Shown here: in pieces, positions 26,601-41,109 of the stretch
Layout of the letters: each line of letters starts with the position of its first letter
Position numbering within the stretch: position 1 is the first letter of the stretch
The notes under the pieces: generated by a model
What the model was told of the DNA's origin: nothing
Database searches by the model: none
Seen by the model: the letters and a program-made list of their open reading frames with translations, nothing else
Made by a program: the position numbers and the translations under genes
Origin: Chrysomallon squamiferum
Lineage: Eukaryota; Animalia; Mollusca
Direction of reading: 5' to 3'
DNA length: 64,000 bases
Assembly: GCA_012295275.1 (NCBI GenBank)
Contig: CM022672.1
Coordinates: forward strand, 7,626,001-7,690,000

Positions 26601-29600
26601 TCCATATGATACTTCAAAACCGGGCCTGTTCCTGAAAACATCTAATAGTGGGGTAACATTTCAAAGTTAAAAATATCCAGTCTGCCAGCTGTTACTGCAT
26701 TCATATTAATCAACCAGATGGTAGAGAATGGCTTCTTTCTGTCTGACTCACATCGCCTCTAGTGATTGCTGGCTGTTGCTTTGGTAAGCAGATTTCTTTT
26801 AATTTTTTAACTTGTGATTGAATTGAAATATATACAGACATAAACCATTTGGAACAGTTTCCATAAATATCATGGTAACATATTAGTGGTGGACTATTAA
26901 TCTAGCATAACCTATTGTCGTATACAATATCTTGTATACATTTAATATGATTAAATTGTTATATATACAGGCACATATCCTTTGGAATATCTTCCATAAA
27001 TATCATAATAACAAATTAGTGGCAGTTTACCCATATATCCTGTCTTTTTCAAGCATGTACAATATGTTGTGCATATTATTACAACATACTGTATCTGGCA
27101 TTTAGTACATATAAGTGAAGATACAGATTTATCATCCATAAATAGTTTGTTATCTGCAAAAAATGAAACCGAACAGAAATTTTTGTGTTGAGGAAAATGT
27201 ATCGGTTTCATGCACTGAGCTTTTCCTTCCAGCTAGCAGAGTGTGTTGTGAAGTTTTTTCTTTGAGAAGTTAAATGTAAGATTAGAAACTTTTCCCACTT
27301 AAATATGTGTATAAAGTTAATTTCCATAATAGTTTGGAGACTTTTGTTGTTGATTTTAAAAAAAAAAAATTATATTAATGAAATAAAAATAAAATCATAA
27401 ATATATATATATAAGATAAAGTTAAAAACAATCTAAATAATGAAAGAAATTTTTTAATGTTTTTTTTGTTTCAATCTTGAAATAAAATCTTAAAAGAATA
27501 TATATATATATATATAATTAAAGATGTTTATTAAATAAAAATACAAAAACAGGATATGTAAAGTAATCAATCTTTTGTCATAGACAAGCTTGTGACACCA
27601 AGCAGTATAACCTTGTAATATTTCTTACCAAGTAAGATAAGCTGAGACAATGCTGTGACACCTAACTGTACCAATTTTCTGTCACTTGCTATGAATATCA
27701 TTGATTCTGTTTAACAGATCTTCTACAAACAGTAGACTTACATACTAGAAAATGAACAAAAGAAACAAAATGATACAAGTAAAGTACTTACTGTTTTTTG
27801 TCTTTTCATCATAAAATTAACTTTGAGCTGTGGTGAGGTTATTACAGTACATTCAGAATGATAGGAACCGAATTAAAACTGTCAGCAACATAAGCAAAGA
27901 ACCAGTAACAATGAAGTGTAGGCTAATCCTTTCACACCTGAACATGTGCTGTAGGTAATTATACTGCAACTCAGAGCAGAATTACCTCAGTTTAAAACAT
28001 TATCCAGATACATAACACAAGCTGACACCACACTGTTAGTTAACAAGAAATAACTACTTAATTAAAATACTTGTTACATTTGTAAGAGGCAGTTAAGAAA
28101 AAAATTAACCTTGGGGTGCGTGCCTGGGCCTGCTGTGTGAGTCTTCGTGTTGTGATATTGCCTGGCTACAAGGAAGGCAACTCCCAGATTGGTTATCATG
28201 TGCTAATAACAATTCAATAGATATTGACTGACTGGTCGGCCAGTGCTTGCAGTGGGTTTGTGTCTAATGGAGGTCAAAACTGGACTGGTACCCACTCACT
28301 ACTTCTTCCATTGTCTGTGACAGTGTTTATAATGACAATGGATACAGGTAAATGCTTTTGGTTGTTTTTTTGACGTTGTGACAAAGATATTTTTAGGTCT
28401 GTGTTCAAAAATAATGTGTAGGCTGTGAAATACCTGTGTGTATGTGTGTATGTATGTTATGCTTATATTGATTTATTTGATAATACACTGCATTTTGTGT
28501 CATATCTACATAGAGAAACGTAACTGAATTTACTGTGCTTTCTTATGTGTTTAATATTACATGAATTATTAAAGTATGATTAAATTAATGCTAAATATGT
28601 AAAAGAATTAATGGTTGTGTTATATTGATCAGATTGGTTCTATGTTGTTTTTATAACTTGATATCAAAATACTTTTAATTAATACTAATAGAAGTTTACT
28701 ACTGCAATTCAAAAAAAATAAAAATAAATAACAAAATGAAATAATCAATAATACAAATTCCTGAATACCTTTATTACTGAAAAACTTCTTCAGTTCAGGT
28801 TTTTTTGAGGCTTTCATTCAGTAAGAAATGGTAACATGCAGTTATCCACTTCAATGGATATTAATACTTACAAGACTTTCATTGAAATGACAGGTGTCAT
28901 AGCATACACAAATAATTAATCTATATTTAATGATCTATCTAAAAACTACAATGAATAGCTTTGACCCAGATCAGCTTGTGATATATTTTTCATAAGAAAT
29001 TTGTTATCAGTATATTCCTTATAACTGTAGAACACCTTTTAAATGATAGCATATAAACTAGGAATTCATATCAAGTGAATCATCAGAAGAAAAAGGCAGT
29101 AAATAATGTTATTACTTTGAGATGAGTTTTCAACAGCAGTCTCCTTGTCCATTAAGTGTGTTTGTGTTAATGTTCACTTTATCTTACCTTTAAGCATGTG
29201 AAGAATATTTGTCTTGTTATTTATTACTCTTACAGTCTATTTTCTTTTCTTATTTTTTTCTTTTTTTTAAAATAATACTTAAACAATATGATGTCTTTAA
29301 AAACATAAAACAAATAGATTAATTCTGTTAAAGGTAGAGAAATAAAAATAAACATATTAAGACAATACTTACAGATTAGCCCAGTAGAAATATTGGAGAC
29401 ACAGGTAAATACTGCCAGATTATTCAAACAGCGTGTTGCAGTGTTTTCACCACATCTGTACATAGGATTCTGCTACTTAGTCTGACTTTGTATGATTTTC
29501 TTTACCTCAATTCCTGGTGCTTGATCAAGTAGAAAACTGCCTATGAATGGGATACAGTTTCCATTTTCCTGCTGAGCTGTTCCACAATTAGGATTGTTTT

Positions 29601-31649
29601 CTAACCGGTCACATAATGAGCTTGTTTCTAGGCACGCTGTGACATTTCATCAAATTAGAGTATTTTGGTGGTTGACTAAGTTAGCTGTGTGTGCTGTGTG
29701 TCGGTCAATAGCTGACTAGTTAGCCAGCTGCCAGTTTAAGTGGTGACAAACACTGGACTGTAGCCTGCTGGGAGGGTCTGTCAGTGGAAGGTCACATCAC
29801 AGCAGTTCTGTGTGTGTAACTCATTTTGTCCTCTACCCTAAATACATCTGAATGATGTACAGGTTTGTGAAGGTAAGCACTAAATTAATATTCCAAACTT
29901 AAAAAATTCATTTACATTTCATTTGATACAAACTGCAATAATTATATTGATGATATCAACAAATTTGTGTTATTTTGGTGAAAATGAGTTAACAGTCAAA
30001 TCTATTGTCTGTTGTTGTTGTTGTAATTATAAAAAGTAAAAATATGTTACCAAAATGTTTAAATGTTCAGGGTACTAAAACAGATTTTTGATTTCTACTT
30101 GAATATCTATTTTTACATTTGTTTAATTTGTCAAATAATTAAGTTAACTTGAAAAACTTGTCAAATTGAAAAATAATCAACATATGGTTTTATGGTATTA
30201 TAAATACAGTAATAATAGGGTTTTTTTAAAGTTTTAAAAGTTCATTAATGCGTTTGTATCTGGTAAAGTTTAATTGTTGATGTTTGTAATACCAGTACCT
30301 AGAATATTTGTGCTGATGATAACTAGTATTTTGGGGTCAAATAAGGGTAACTAGCATACTGTGCCAACAGCCTGTGTCTGATGTGGTTAGTTGTATATAG
30401 GTAATATGTGACTTACTAACACCAGTAAAGATAAACACATTCAGATCTGATTTTATCTCAGTGACTTTTTATTTCACATCTAAGTAATGGAAAAGACAAT
30501 AGGATTTCATTCTAATAAAGATATCCAGAAAACATTTCTCTCGTTCTCACCATTTTTCTCTGTTATTTGTTTTGGATTTATAAATATTTATAAAATTGTT
30601 TTTATTTGTAAATTAAGGAGAACATACATTTGTTTGAAATTTACACACTTTGTAAAAAAAAAAAAAAAAACTGAAAGATTTGCTGATAATATTTTAAATA
30701 CACTAATAAAATGTCACAGGTGACAGAGAAAATAAAAAGAAATTGCTGTTGGCACATAATTTTTTTTAATGTTGATTAATATATTAACTTGTCATTCACT
30801 ATATATTAAGTACACCAGTCACAAAACTAAATTGTTGCTGTTTGTGATAGGTAACAGGAAATTCTTTTCACTTTATTCTTTTAACAACAGTTTATTCCAT
30901 TCTGGTAAAACTGATTAGTGTTTTTTTTTTTTTTTTGTTAATATAATATGTGTGTGTGTGTGTGCTTGCATGTGTGATGTGATGTTTGAAATTTTATCTC
31001 AGTTTTGTTTTGTATTATAAACCTTGGAGGTCTACTAGAAAATTTTCACTTACCTAAATCTCTCCCCAACACCAACATGACCAGAGAGCATCCATAGATG
31101 TGTCTGTGTAAGTGTTGGTTCAACATAGAAGGATGTGTCTCTGTAGGTGTGTATACGACACAGATATATAATTATATACAAAGTAAATACAAAATACAGT
31201 TGTCTTGGACATGCTTGTTTACACAGATGGAAAGAAATCAGGGCCAGTTTGACATAATAAAGCAGTCAGGTACAAAAAGTAAATATGCTCTGTCTCTCTT
31301 GTTTAGTTAGACACTTGAAAATCTGGTGTCAATGCAGAAGGTCACATACTCAACAGACACAGTTCTGTATAAACCAACTTACTGGACCATGGTTTGAGTC
31401 ACTTTTAACTGCTTGCATTGTTAGATCCAGTTTAAACTGTGAGTAACATACTCATTATCAGGTTCGTACAAAACTGTTATTTTTGTTGTTGACAAAAATT
31501 GTTTCTGTTATTAACTTGGTATTTGTTCAAGTAACAGTTGGAATACAGATTGTGGACAAAGTTGATATGATTCTGGAGAAGTAGACTCTGTAAGGAAAAA
31601 GTAACAGTGAACATTTTATTGTAGTTTACTGTGGGGATATGTGTGTACT

Positions 31650-31688
<39 letters not shown>

Positions 31689-32916
31689 TTGTTTGTGGAA
31701 TTCAGTTTTTTTGTTAAACTAGGGAAATGTATTGTTCTTTTAGTTGTTCCTTAATCAGTTATATTGTCATTTGTATTTAAATTATAGACTGTACAAGGAT
31801 TTTATTCACTACATACATATGTCTGCCAACAGTTAATTTACTACAAATTATATCTGTCAGTAATACACATTACACTGTCTGCCACAGATTATGTAAAACC
31901 AAAACTAAATAACAGTTCCTATAGTAATCATATTATTTTAATGAGATCTCGCTAAACTAGCATGTGATTTTCTTCAGAACAAAAACAGCAGTTTCCCAAG
32001 TCATTAGGACTGCATTGTTAAAGACTTACTGAGGCATCCCTGTTTTAATGACTGCATGCATTTCACTCGGCATGGTTTTAGTTAATTTATGGGCACTGAC
32101 CCATAAACCATATTTGTATCTTGTTAAAACTTGTCAGTTACATAAATATATGCAGAAATAACAATGTAATAAAATATCATTGTAAGATAATTTAAAATGA
32201 TTTCAGAAATTTTCTTATGTCTACTCATTTGTTTTCTAATTTGAAAAGATTAAATTCCTCTCTTTGTCAAGCAGCTAGGAACAAAAGACTTCAAAAGATT
32301 CAATGGTTGGTTAACAGTGTGTAAAAACTAGGTTTGACATAAAATTCTTTTTTTTTTTAAATGTTAAATTTTGCTTGGAGAATTATGGTGTCAGATGTTA
32401 TTGACAGTTTTAAGATTTAAGTTCTATCAAGCATTATCAGTCAGAGTTCTAAAACATGAGTATTATATTGGAAATTTTATTAAATGAATGATCAGCTGTA
32501 TAGTATTGTGCTAGGAGAGTGATTGGGAAAAAACTAATCTTCACTGTTTTCTAAAAAACATCAGTTTTATTTCAGGTATATGTATGGATGTGGTTGTGTG
32601 TGTGTGTGTGTGTGTGTGTGTTATGCATATATATACATGTTTAGATATGTATGTTTTTTATGAATATGTATGTATGTATATGTACATGTATATGTATGTA
32701 TAAGAATATGTATATGTTTTTATTTGTATGTATATACATACATGTGTTTGTGAGTGTGTGTGTGTATTATATATATGTTTATGTGTATATTTTTTATGAA
32801 TATGTATATGTATATGTAAATGTGTATGTATGTATGTATTTGTATATCACTATATGTATATGTAAATATGTATGTATGTGTTTGTTTGTATATCACAATA
32901 TGTATATGAGTTGTTG

Positions 32917-32955
<39 letters not shown>

Positions 32956-33566
32956 TTAGTGAATGTGTTTGTGTATATATAAATATAACCTGATATTTGT
33001 GATGAGGATTGACCTAACACTGGTGAAATGACTGAACTAAAACATGAAACTGATGTTACCTTAATGACTCTGTCTGTCTGTATATATTTAAATTAGATAT
33101 CTTGACAAATTTCTGTATCACATGGAACGGACAGTTTTCACAGTGCCCATGTTAGTCTTTTGTAAATCAATGAAATTCACATCAAGTAGACTTTATACTT
33201 TTATTTATTTAACTTATTGTTTATCTTTGTTTGTTTTTTTAGAATTGGCAAAAAGAAAAGGTCAGAGGTCAAGTTCTGAGATAAGAGATGAAGCAGCCAC
33301 CAATAGGTGAGTAGAATACCTGTAAATTAAAACCACAGCAATTATAGATTAACATCAGTAAGGGTCAGGTACTCTAAATAATAGTCTCTACAGTAACTCA
33401 CTTACAACAACCAGTTTAGTTTTAATACAGTAGTATATAGGAATTATCTGTATCTCTGTCTCTTTCTTTCTTTCTCTATATATCTCTCTCGTTTTCAGTG
33501 ATGTTTGTGTATAGCATAAAATATGCATGCACAGAATATACAGAGATGTATACATACACATTTGTA

Positions 33567-33612
<46 letters not shown>

Positions 33613-35047
33613 CATGTGCATACAAATATCCATTCAGATACTACACCTTTTTAGTAATGAAATTGTAATTCAGGAAATTCTTGTATCACTGACAGGGTTG
33701 TGCTACAAACACAGAGGTGTATGTTAACTGTGTATAAACACAACACATTATGACTGTCCACAGTTTTCTTCTTCACTACAAAATGACACGTTGCTCCCTG
33801 CTGTGAAATCAATATGGAGTTTAAGCAATGTCTCATTTCACCCAGTGTGGCTTGATCTTAAAATCAATAATTAGAAATCAAAAGAAAACAAAAGAGCAAC
33901 ACTGTCAGATGTCATGTTTGCATGTCAACATTTGTTATCAGTTTGATTTAAATGATTAGTGAAAGGAAAGCTGAATTGTGTTACTCACAAGAGTTTGTTA
34001 TTCTTTTTTATTTTTATATATATATATAAAAAAAAAATAATAATATAATTTCTTCCATTGTTTCATTCATGAGAACTAGGTTAAGATTAAAACAAAATAT
34101 GCAAATTGAGTTCCTACGGAAACTTGAGAAATAGCTGCAGGCTTGACTCACTAATTGTTACTAATGTTCTCAGTGAAAACAGAATGACAGTTTTTGTTAT
34201 GTATGATTGGTAATAGCTGAATTCTCATTCAGTTTTTTTAGTTATTTATTCAACCAGACAAAAAAGGGAGGGAAAAAATAAGTGTTTGATTCAGTAGTGG
34301 AGTTTCTGTGAGTTAAGATGGCACTTTGAAAACATCCAAAGATACAGATAGTAATGACAATGTTAGAAAATACATTACAGTTGTTTGAAGGGATTGAACT
34401 CTTCATCATTTTTTCAGCTAATAATTTTTTACGCAAACAGTAAGAACAGGTTTTGAAAATATATTTTAATTACTTCAAAGACTTGGGATTATTAATGAAA
34501 TTTTGCAGCTGTAATAATGATGTTTGATATAACTGTTTCAGTATTGATGATCAGCTGAGTGCTGGCAGGTCAGTTGGAGGTAGTCGACAGACAAAGCTGA
34601 GACACCCGGCTGCCCGGGTTCTAGAGGAGAAAATTGATGTTGCTGCTTCAGGTGAACCACGAGAGCTGAATGGTGAGCAGGCTGTAGAAGAAAAGGTGAG
34701 TCAGGATATTTTTAAACACTTTAATCGTAATGTTCAATTTGTGTCTGATGAAATTCGGAGTTAAAGTTTTCAGTGATTCTGTAAATATATTTTCTGCAGT
34801 CTGGATAACAGAACAGATCTAATGAACATCACACATGAAAGTTGGTCTGGCTGTCTAGGAAAGCACATCTTAAATTTGAATTTTCAAAAAAAGTATATAG
34901 GTGAATATATTTTCTGAAGAATACAGTATTTGAAAATTACATGTACAGATGCATATAGTTTTGGATGATAAGAAAACAGAAAAATTGTCAACTTCCTTTT
35001 TTATTTTTATTTTTATTTTTATTTTTTTTAAATTATATGAATTTAAA

Positions 35048-35087
<40 letters not shown>

Positions 35088-37405
35088 TACTTTTTTTTAG
35101 TTTTATTATTATTATTTTTTAAATAAAACATAAATTGGAGTATTTCAGAAACTACATCTTTAATTCTTCACTTAGTTTAAACAACTTTAATGTATCAGTC
35201 TGAATGTCCACACTGTAAATTGATTTCAGATAATATTACTGAGTAATGTTTGTTCAGTTCATTTTCTATGACTGACGCTGTTTTGTACATGCTCTGTGAG
35301 GGAACCATGCAGAACAATGATCACATTTTCACGTGCATCCTTTCAGAGAAGCAGAAACACATTGAAGAAATAGTGAAAGCCTGTGTTTTTACTTAGACCA
35401 TTTGTTGAGTGCTGGAAAATTTAACAGCTGTTGTTAAAAATGCCATTTATAATATAGCTTTCATTTTAAGGTTATTTTACGAATATGTGTTTTTTTTTAT
35501 CTTTCTTACATACAGTTTATATGTGAATAGGCTATATCTTTTTGGAATGATAAAAAAATTCAGGGTTTAATACTTTAATTTTCTTCTCTTTTTATAGTTT
35601 TTAAATTTAAATTATTTTTTTTTAAAATTATTTTTGCATCAGCCTGTTTATAGATTTCTGGGTATAGATCCAGTTTATTTTCATGTTTTGTTTTCTCCAC
35701 ACATTTTATCAGTATATTGCCAATGCAAGTGAGGATTTATGTTTCGATGATGCTTTGTCAAACTCTGGTCAGGCTGAGTCGTGGGTAGAACAAGTGTCGT
35801 GTTACACCGAAGTTGATGAAAACCCTCGCCTATCCCAGGATTCATTTGATGATTTTCCATGGACGCCTGTTCGAGAAGAACTTTCATTTGGTGAAGACAG
35901 AGCTGTTTGTGAACTTCCTGTGCGTGGGTTTCTTCCTAGCTTGCATCACTTCACCCCTGTCTCTGTGTCCTGCATTTGGAAGTTCTCTGTAGTTGCATGA
36001 GACAAACATTCCATCTCTCTCTGGTAGCAGCATTGAAATAAAAATGTCTGTGTTAATAGGTTTAAAAGTCAGTAAGGTTTAGATGACAAAGAGAATATGT
36101 GCACTGCTATGTTCAAAGGCACCATTACTAATGTGAATATTTGTTAGAATGTAAAAGATTTTGGAATGTGCTGTCATGTCAGAGTAATTGATTCCTTTGA
36201 TAATGGTATCAGTTGGTTTCTTGTCTTTTGTCCCATTTTTATGGAATGAAAGTACACCACCCATAAACAGCATATTTTACTCTGTCTTTTTAAAAAAAAA
36301 TTATCTTTCTTTAAACTGAATAAAACAGAAAGAAATAAGAAGAAAAAGAATAATTAAACATTTGAATAATTTTTAGAACTTAATAATTAACAATAAATTT
36401 AAACCATTATTTGAAATGTCTGTCTGATATGTATTTAGATGCTACCACTGTAAAAAGTTTAAAATGTCAGTCACAGCCAACTGTTATGAAACATGTCTCT
36501 TGTTAAAACAGTATGAGGTAAACAAGTTACTATATTAATTTACAGAAACATCCAGTAGGAGTAAATGTAGTTGTCTTCTACCTGCCAAACACTTTTAACC
36601 TCAGTGCCATAAGAAACACTGATAGACGTAGTTAGTCCTTTTATCACAAAATATATTGTGGTTTAATCACAGAACTTTGGAAGTACTAGAACTGATATGA
36701 GAAATGACTGCTGATGTTGTAGCCTTGAAACAGCATCTTGTTGCTGAACTTTAGTTAATTATTTCATGGATTGAGTAGTTTAAGCTGAAATTTTTTTGTC
36801 TTGACATTTCCTGTCATTCTGTGATATTGATGTTTGTCAGGAGACAATTTCCATCCTGGCAAAAGGTGCATGGTTTCCTTTAGAGTGAGAAGAAAACTAG
36901 GAAGTAGAAGTCTACCAATAGAATTTGCACAAAATGCATTTTGGATTGGATGAATACGATTATTATTATTATTATTATTGTCATCACCACCTCATCATCA
37001 TCATCATCATCACCATCATCATCATTATTTACAAGGAAAAAAATGCATTATTTTTAAGAACAAAATTTATTATTTACATTTTATAAGCATGCTCTTTTTT
37101 CTTAGAGGATTAAGGGTTAATGATTTATTTTGTTTTTTGTATGTGACACCCTCTGGAGTTGAGTGAAAAGTTAATTAATGTAGATTAAATCCTGTAAGCT
37201 TGGTTTGTATCTTAAATAGAACATGTAAACTGTAAAGATATCTCTAGGTAAAGGTTGCATCTACAGAACTGTACTGAAATTTTGTTTGAATCAGATAACA
37301 TGGTATGTGCAGTTTGTGATCTGTTAGATACAGCTTTAGATTCTGTATGGACCTGGTTAAGGGTGTGTGTGTGTGTGATTGTGATTGTGAGAGAGACAGA
37401 CTGTG

Positions 37406-37445
<40 letters not shown>

Positions 37446-37503
37446 CGAGAGTCTAATACAAGTCTAATGCAAGATGTAAGATTAAAAAAGATTGTGTGTA
37501 GTA

Positions 37504-37541
<38 letters not shown>

Positions 37542-39822
37542 TAAATAACACACCCAGAAAATGTACTACATCTATAAAATGTGATTCACTTGAAATTAAC
37601 CATCATCTAGCTGGATGTTAAAACAGACAGTGTAATATTTAGTAAATGTTGTTTTTCTCTGTGTTTCAGAAAGGCGCTATGACAGCTGACGGCAAGGATG
37701 CTGTGGTACATCTTGTACAAGTAAGTTTATTTGTTGTCACATTCATCAGTATGCTTGAATAATTAAAACATTAAATCCAAGCAAGAGCCTTTTTAACATG
37801 ACTCTAAATGTGTTTTAAGCTTATTTTACAGGAAAGTGGTGATTAATAACATTCTACTTTTTTTTGAAAATGGTGTTTATTGATTATGGATTAATCCATT
37901 TAGGATTAAAGGATAATTACTGAAAACTTGCACATCTAGAAAGTTGTATTATGTTTTTAAAATCAAGATTTTTTTTCCTCCCTGTTCTAATGTTTAATTT
38001 TCTTCTGATGAGGAAACTGTAATGAAATTTTTTTTTAAACAAATTATTAAATGCACGTATACATCTTACAAATGTAGTAAGTAATTATTACCATAAAACA
38101 ATTTCATAACCTTTCATGAAAGTAATTTTGTTGCATGTTGGTGAAAACTTGATTTCTGTGTTGTAAAAGTCTTTAATTTTGTTGATTTAAAAAAAAAAAA
38201 ATTATTTATTTATTTAATTATACAAAATATTTATAGCCTTTTATGTTACATTTATGTTATTCTAAAGTAATGAGAAATATTTTTTTTTTTTTTTTTTTTT
38301 TTTATAAGTATAAAGTTTAAAATCTGTAATATTAAAGACTTTGTATGTTTGTTTGATGTAAATTTTGTTTATCACATTACATTTTTTTTTTTAACTTGAG
38401 TTCTTTTTCAATCTTACATCTTGCATTAGACTTGTATTAGAATTATGAACATGTAACCACACACAAACATGCATACAAACAGAAACGATAATAAAATTTG
38501 ATCTTGATAAAGTATTTAAACAAAAATGGTGTCATTGGTTAATGCAAGACTGTAGATTGAAATGTATATTAATCGTTATGTTGTAGATGTATAAAATTTT
38601 AAACTTTTTAGTTGTTTTCAATGTCTATTCTGTTTTGTCATCTTCCCTGTTTTATTGAGTTGTTGCCTACTAAATTGCCTTATTTCAGTCTTTTCATTTT
38701 GAAACATGGATTAACAGGACAAGATGTTTGTGTTATCTCATGCTTTCCAAACTGACCAAAATATTTTAGTATTTGTAAAACTGTTTTTATTTTAAATTTT
38801 TATTTAAAAAAAAAAAATAATAATAAAATTCTTCATAATATATTTGTTTTTATTTAAATTTTTATTTCTCAAAATATTTATTTATTTATTTATTTTTATT
38901 TAAAACAAACCAAAAAACAAAACATTATTCAGTATTTGTAAAGATGGATATAATAATAATAATATTTAAAAGAAAATCAACATTTTGGTCAGTTTAAACC
39001 CCACTACCCACCTTTTGGTTTCATGTTAAATGTTTTTTCACTGCTTTTTAAGGACAAAAAAGGAAGTGAACAGGTAATTTTCTTGTTTAATTTTGTTTTC
39101 CTTTTTACCCTTGTTGTGTGTGGTTTTTGGTTTTATGTATTAGTATATGTTTGTTACACATGTTTTTCATGTCTGGTGGGGGTTGAAATTTAAAAAAATC
39201 ATAAATACTTTGTCTTTCTTTCAATATTTTTGGACAGATACTTTTTTTTTTTTTTTTATCTTAAAGAGAGGTAATTTAAAAAACTTGCATAACTACATAA
39301 AAATAAGTAATACTATATAAAATTAATAAAAATGTTTTGAAATATAAAAATACTGTACTTTTGTTTCTTAACTATATTAATAAATTAATATTCCAAATTA
39401 TACTTTAGTATTCAGATTAATAATGGGTTAATTTCTATTGTTAGAAGGTGATACATTTGTATTAATCACTAATAATTATATGAGTTGAATTTATTTTTCA
39501 TTAGTGATTGGTTTTGTTTTTGATTATTTTTAAGTCAGTTATATTTGTAAAGTAAACAAACAAATGTGAAAAAAAATAATAATAATAAGATCACAAATAA
39601 AACAAATAATACATTATTGCTTCACAGAACAAAAATCAAAATCTGGATTAAGAAAGTAAAATAAGTGACTAAAAGTGCATAATAAAAGCAAATAAAAATA
39701 AAATAAGATCATTATTTAGTCATAACAGCATTTGAAAAAAGAAGAAGATGAAAAATGATTATATATGGAATCAGTTACAAAAAAAAATGGAGAAAACTTA
39801 TATATTTGTTAGTGGAGTATAA

Positions 39823-39865
<43 letters not shown>

Positions 39866-41067
39866 TAAAACAAAGGAGACTTGTTAATGGTAATAATGGT
39901 CCTTGTTTCAGTTACAAGTTTCAGTTTTCAGTGCTCTCTTTGATCTAACAAGTTTTATTAACATGCACTTGAAAATGTTCTGAATGCATCAAACTCTACC
40001 ATTATGGAACAGATGTTTTATATATTTCTCTTTTTCTTTTTTATTTTTTAAACAAGCAGTTTGGTTCTGTTTATTTCTTTCACTTTTCTTTGGCACACAA
40101 TATTCATGATTATGGTGAACTAAGATATAATTTCTGCAGTAACTGGTCCTTGGTTTATTGTTGTTATTACAAGGCTTGGAGAACATTCAGGCACTTTCAG
40201 TAGGTCAGATGAATGTCTCCACTGACTGTCAGATCAGACACTTGCTTTTGATCTAAGACAGTCACATATTAATATTGAATTTTCACCTGCTAGAAATGTC
40301 AGTATATAGTAATGATTATCATAATCAGCATCCTAGTAATTAACATATGATAGTCATAATCACTATCTTTATATAGACTGAATGCATAGTGAACATTTGA
40401 TCAAACATACACACTATCTTCATAATAAACAACTGATAAGTCACACAGTCACAAAAATCAGTTGACAGTTCTAATGTGAGGATAGCCAATATCATGTCAT
40501 TTATGTCATGTTCATTGGCACTGAGCCTAAAACTGTGTCACATTCTGTCATCTTTTAGTCACAGTAATGGAGGTCAGATCAGTCAGAGCTAAGAATATTA
40601 GGTTGTCGTTTCATTAAAAGTATTTTACATTTTCAAATGCTGTACTATACTGAATGTCTAATTACTTGAATTTCCTTCATTTTCACATTTATTTCTAAAT
40701 ATTTACCATCTTTAACCACACTGTGCTGTGAACCCATCTACACTGTACTGAGCTGTAGTTCTGTCACACCTTTTATTTTACACACATTTCCTCCTGTCAC
40801 TTGAGTCTGACCAGATAAAAACAACACCAGCACTCAGCCTCTTCATTTTACTCTTATCTATGCTCTAAACATATTTAGATGTGACATCCACATATTACTG
40901 TATATTTATTTATTGTTCATACATTTAGATGTGACATCCATACATCACTGCAGATTTCACCTACACCCTTAATAATTATAATCAGTGTTCTTTAATTTAA
41001 TTTTTTGTTTTGTTTATTTATTATTATTTTATTATTATTATAATTATTATTATTATTATTATTATTA

Positions 41068-41109
<42 letters not shown>

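Noticed and set aside
36841-36865. 25-nt candidate microexon (tttgtcag|...AAAAG|gtgcat)
   Set aside because: Length not divisible by three between phase-0 exons, so it would frameshift TACC; weak donor.
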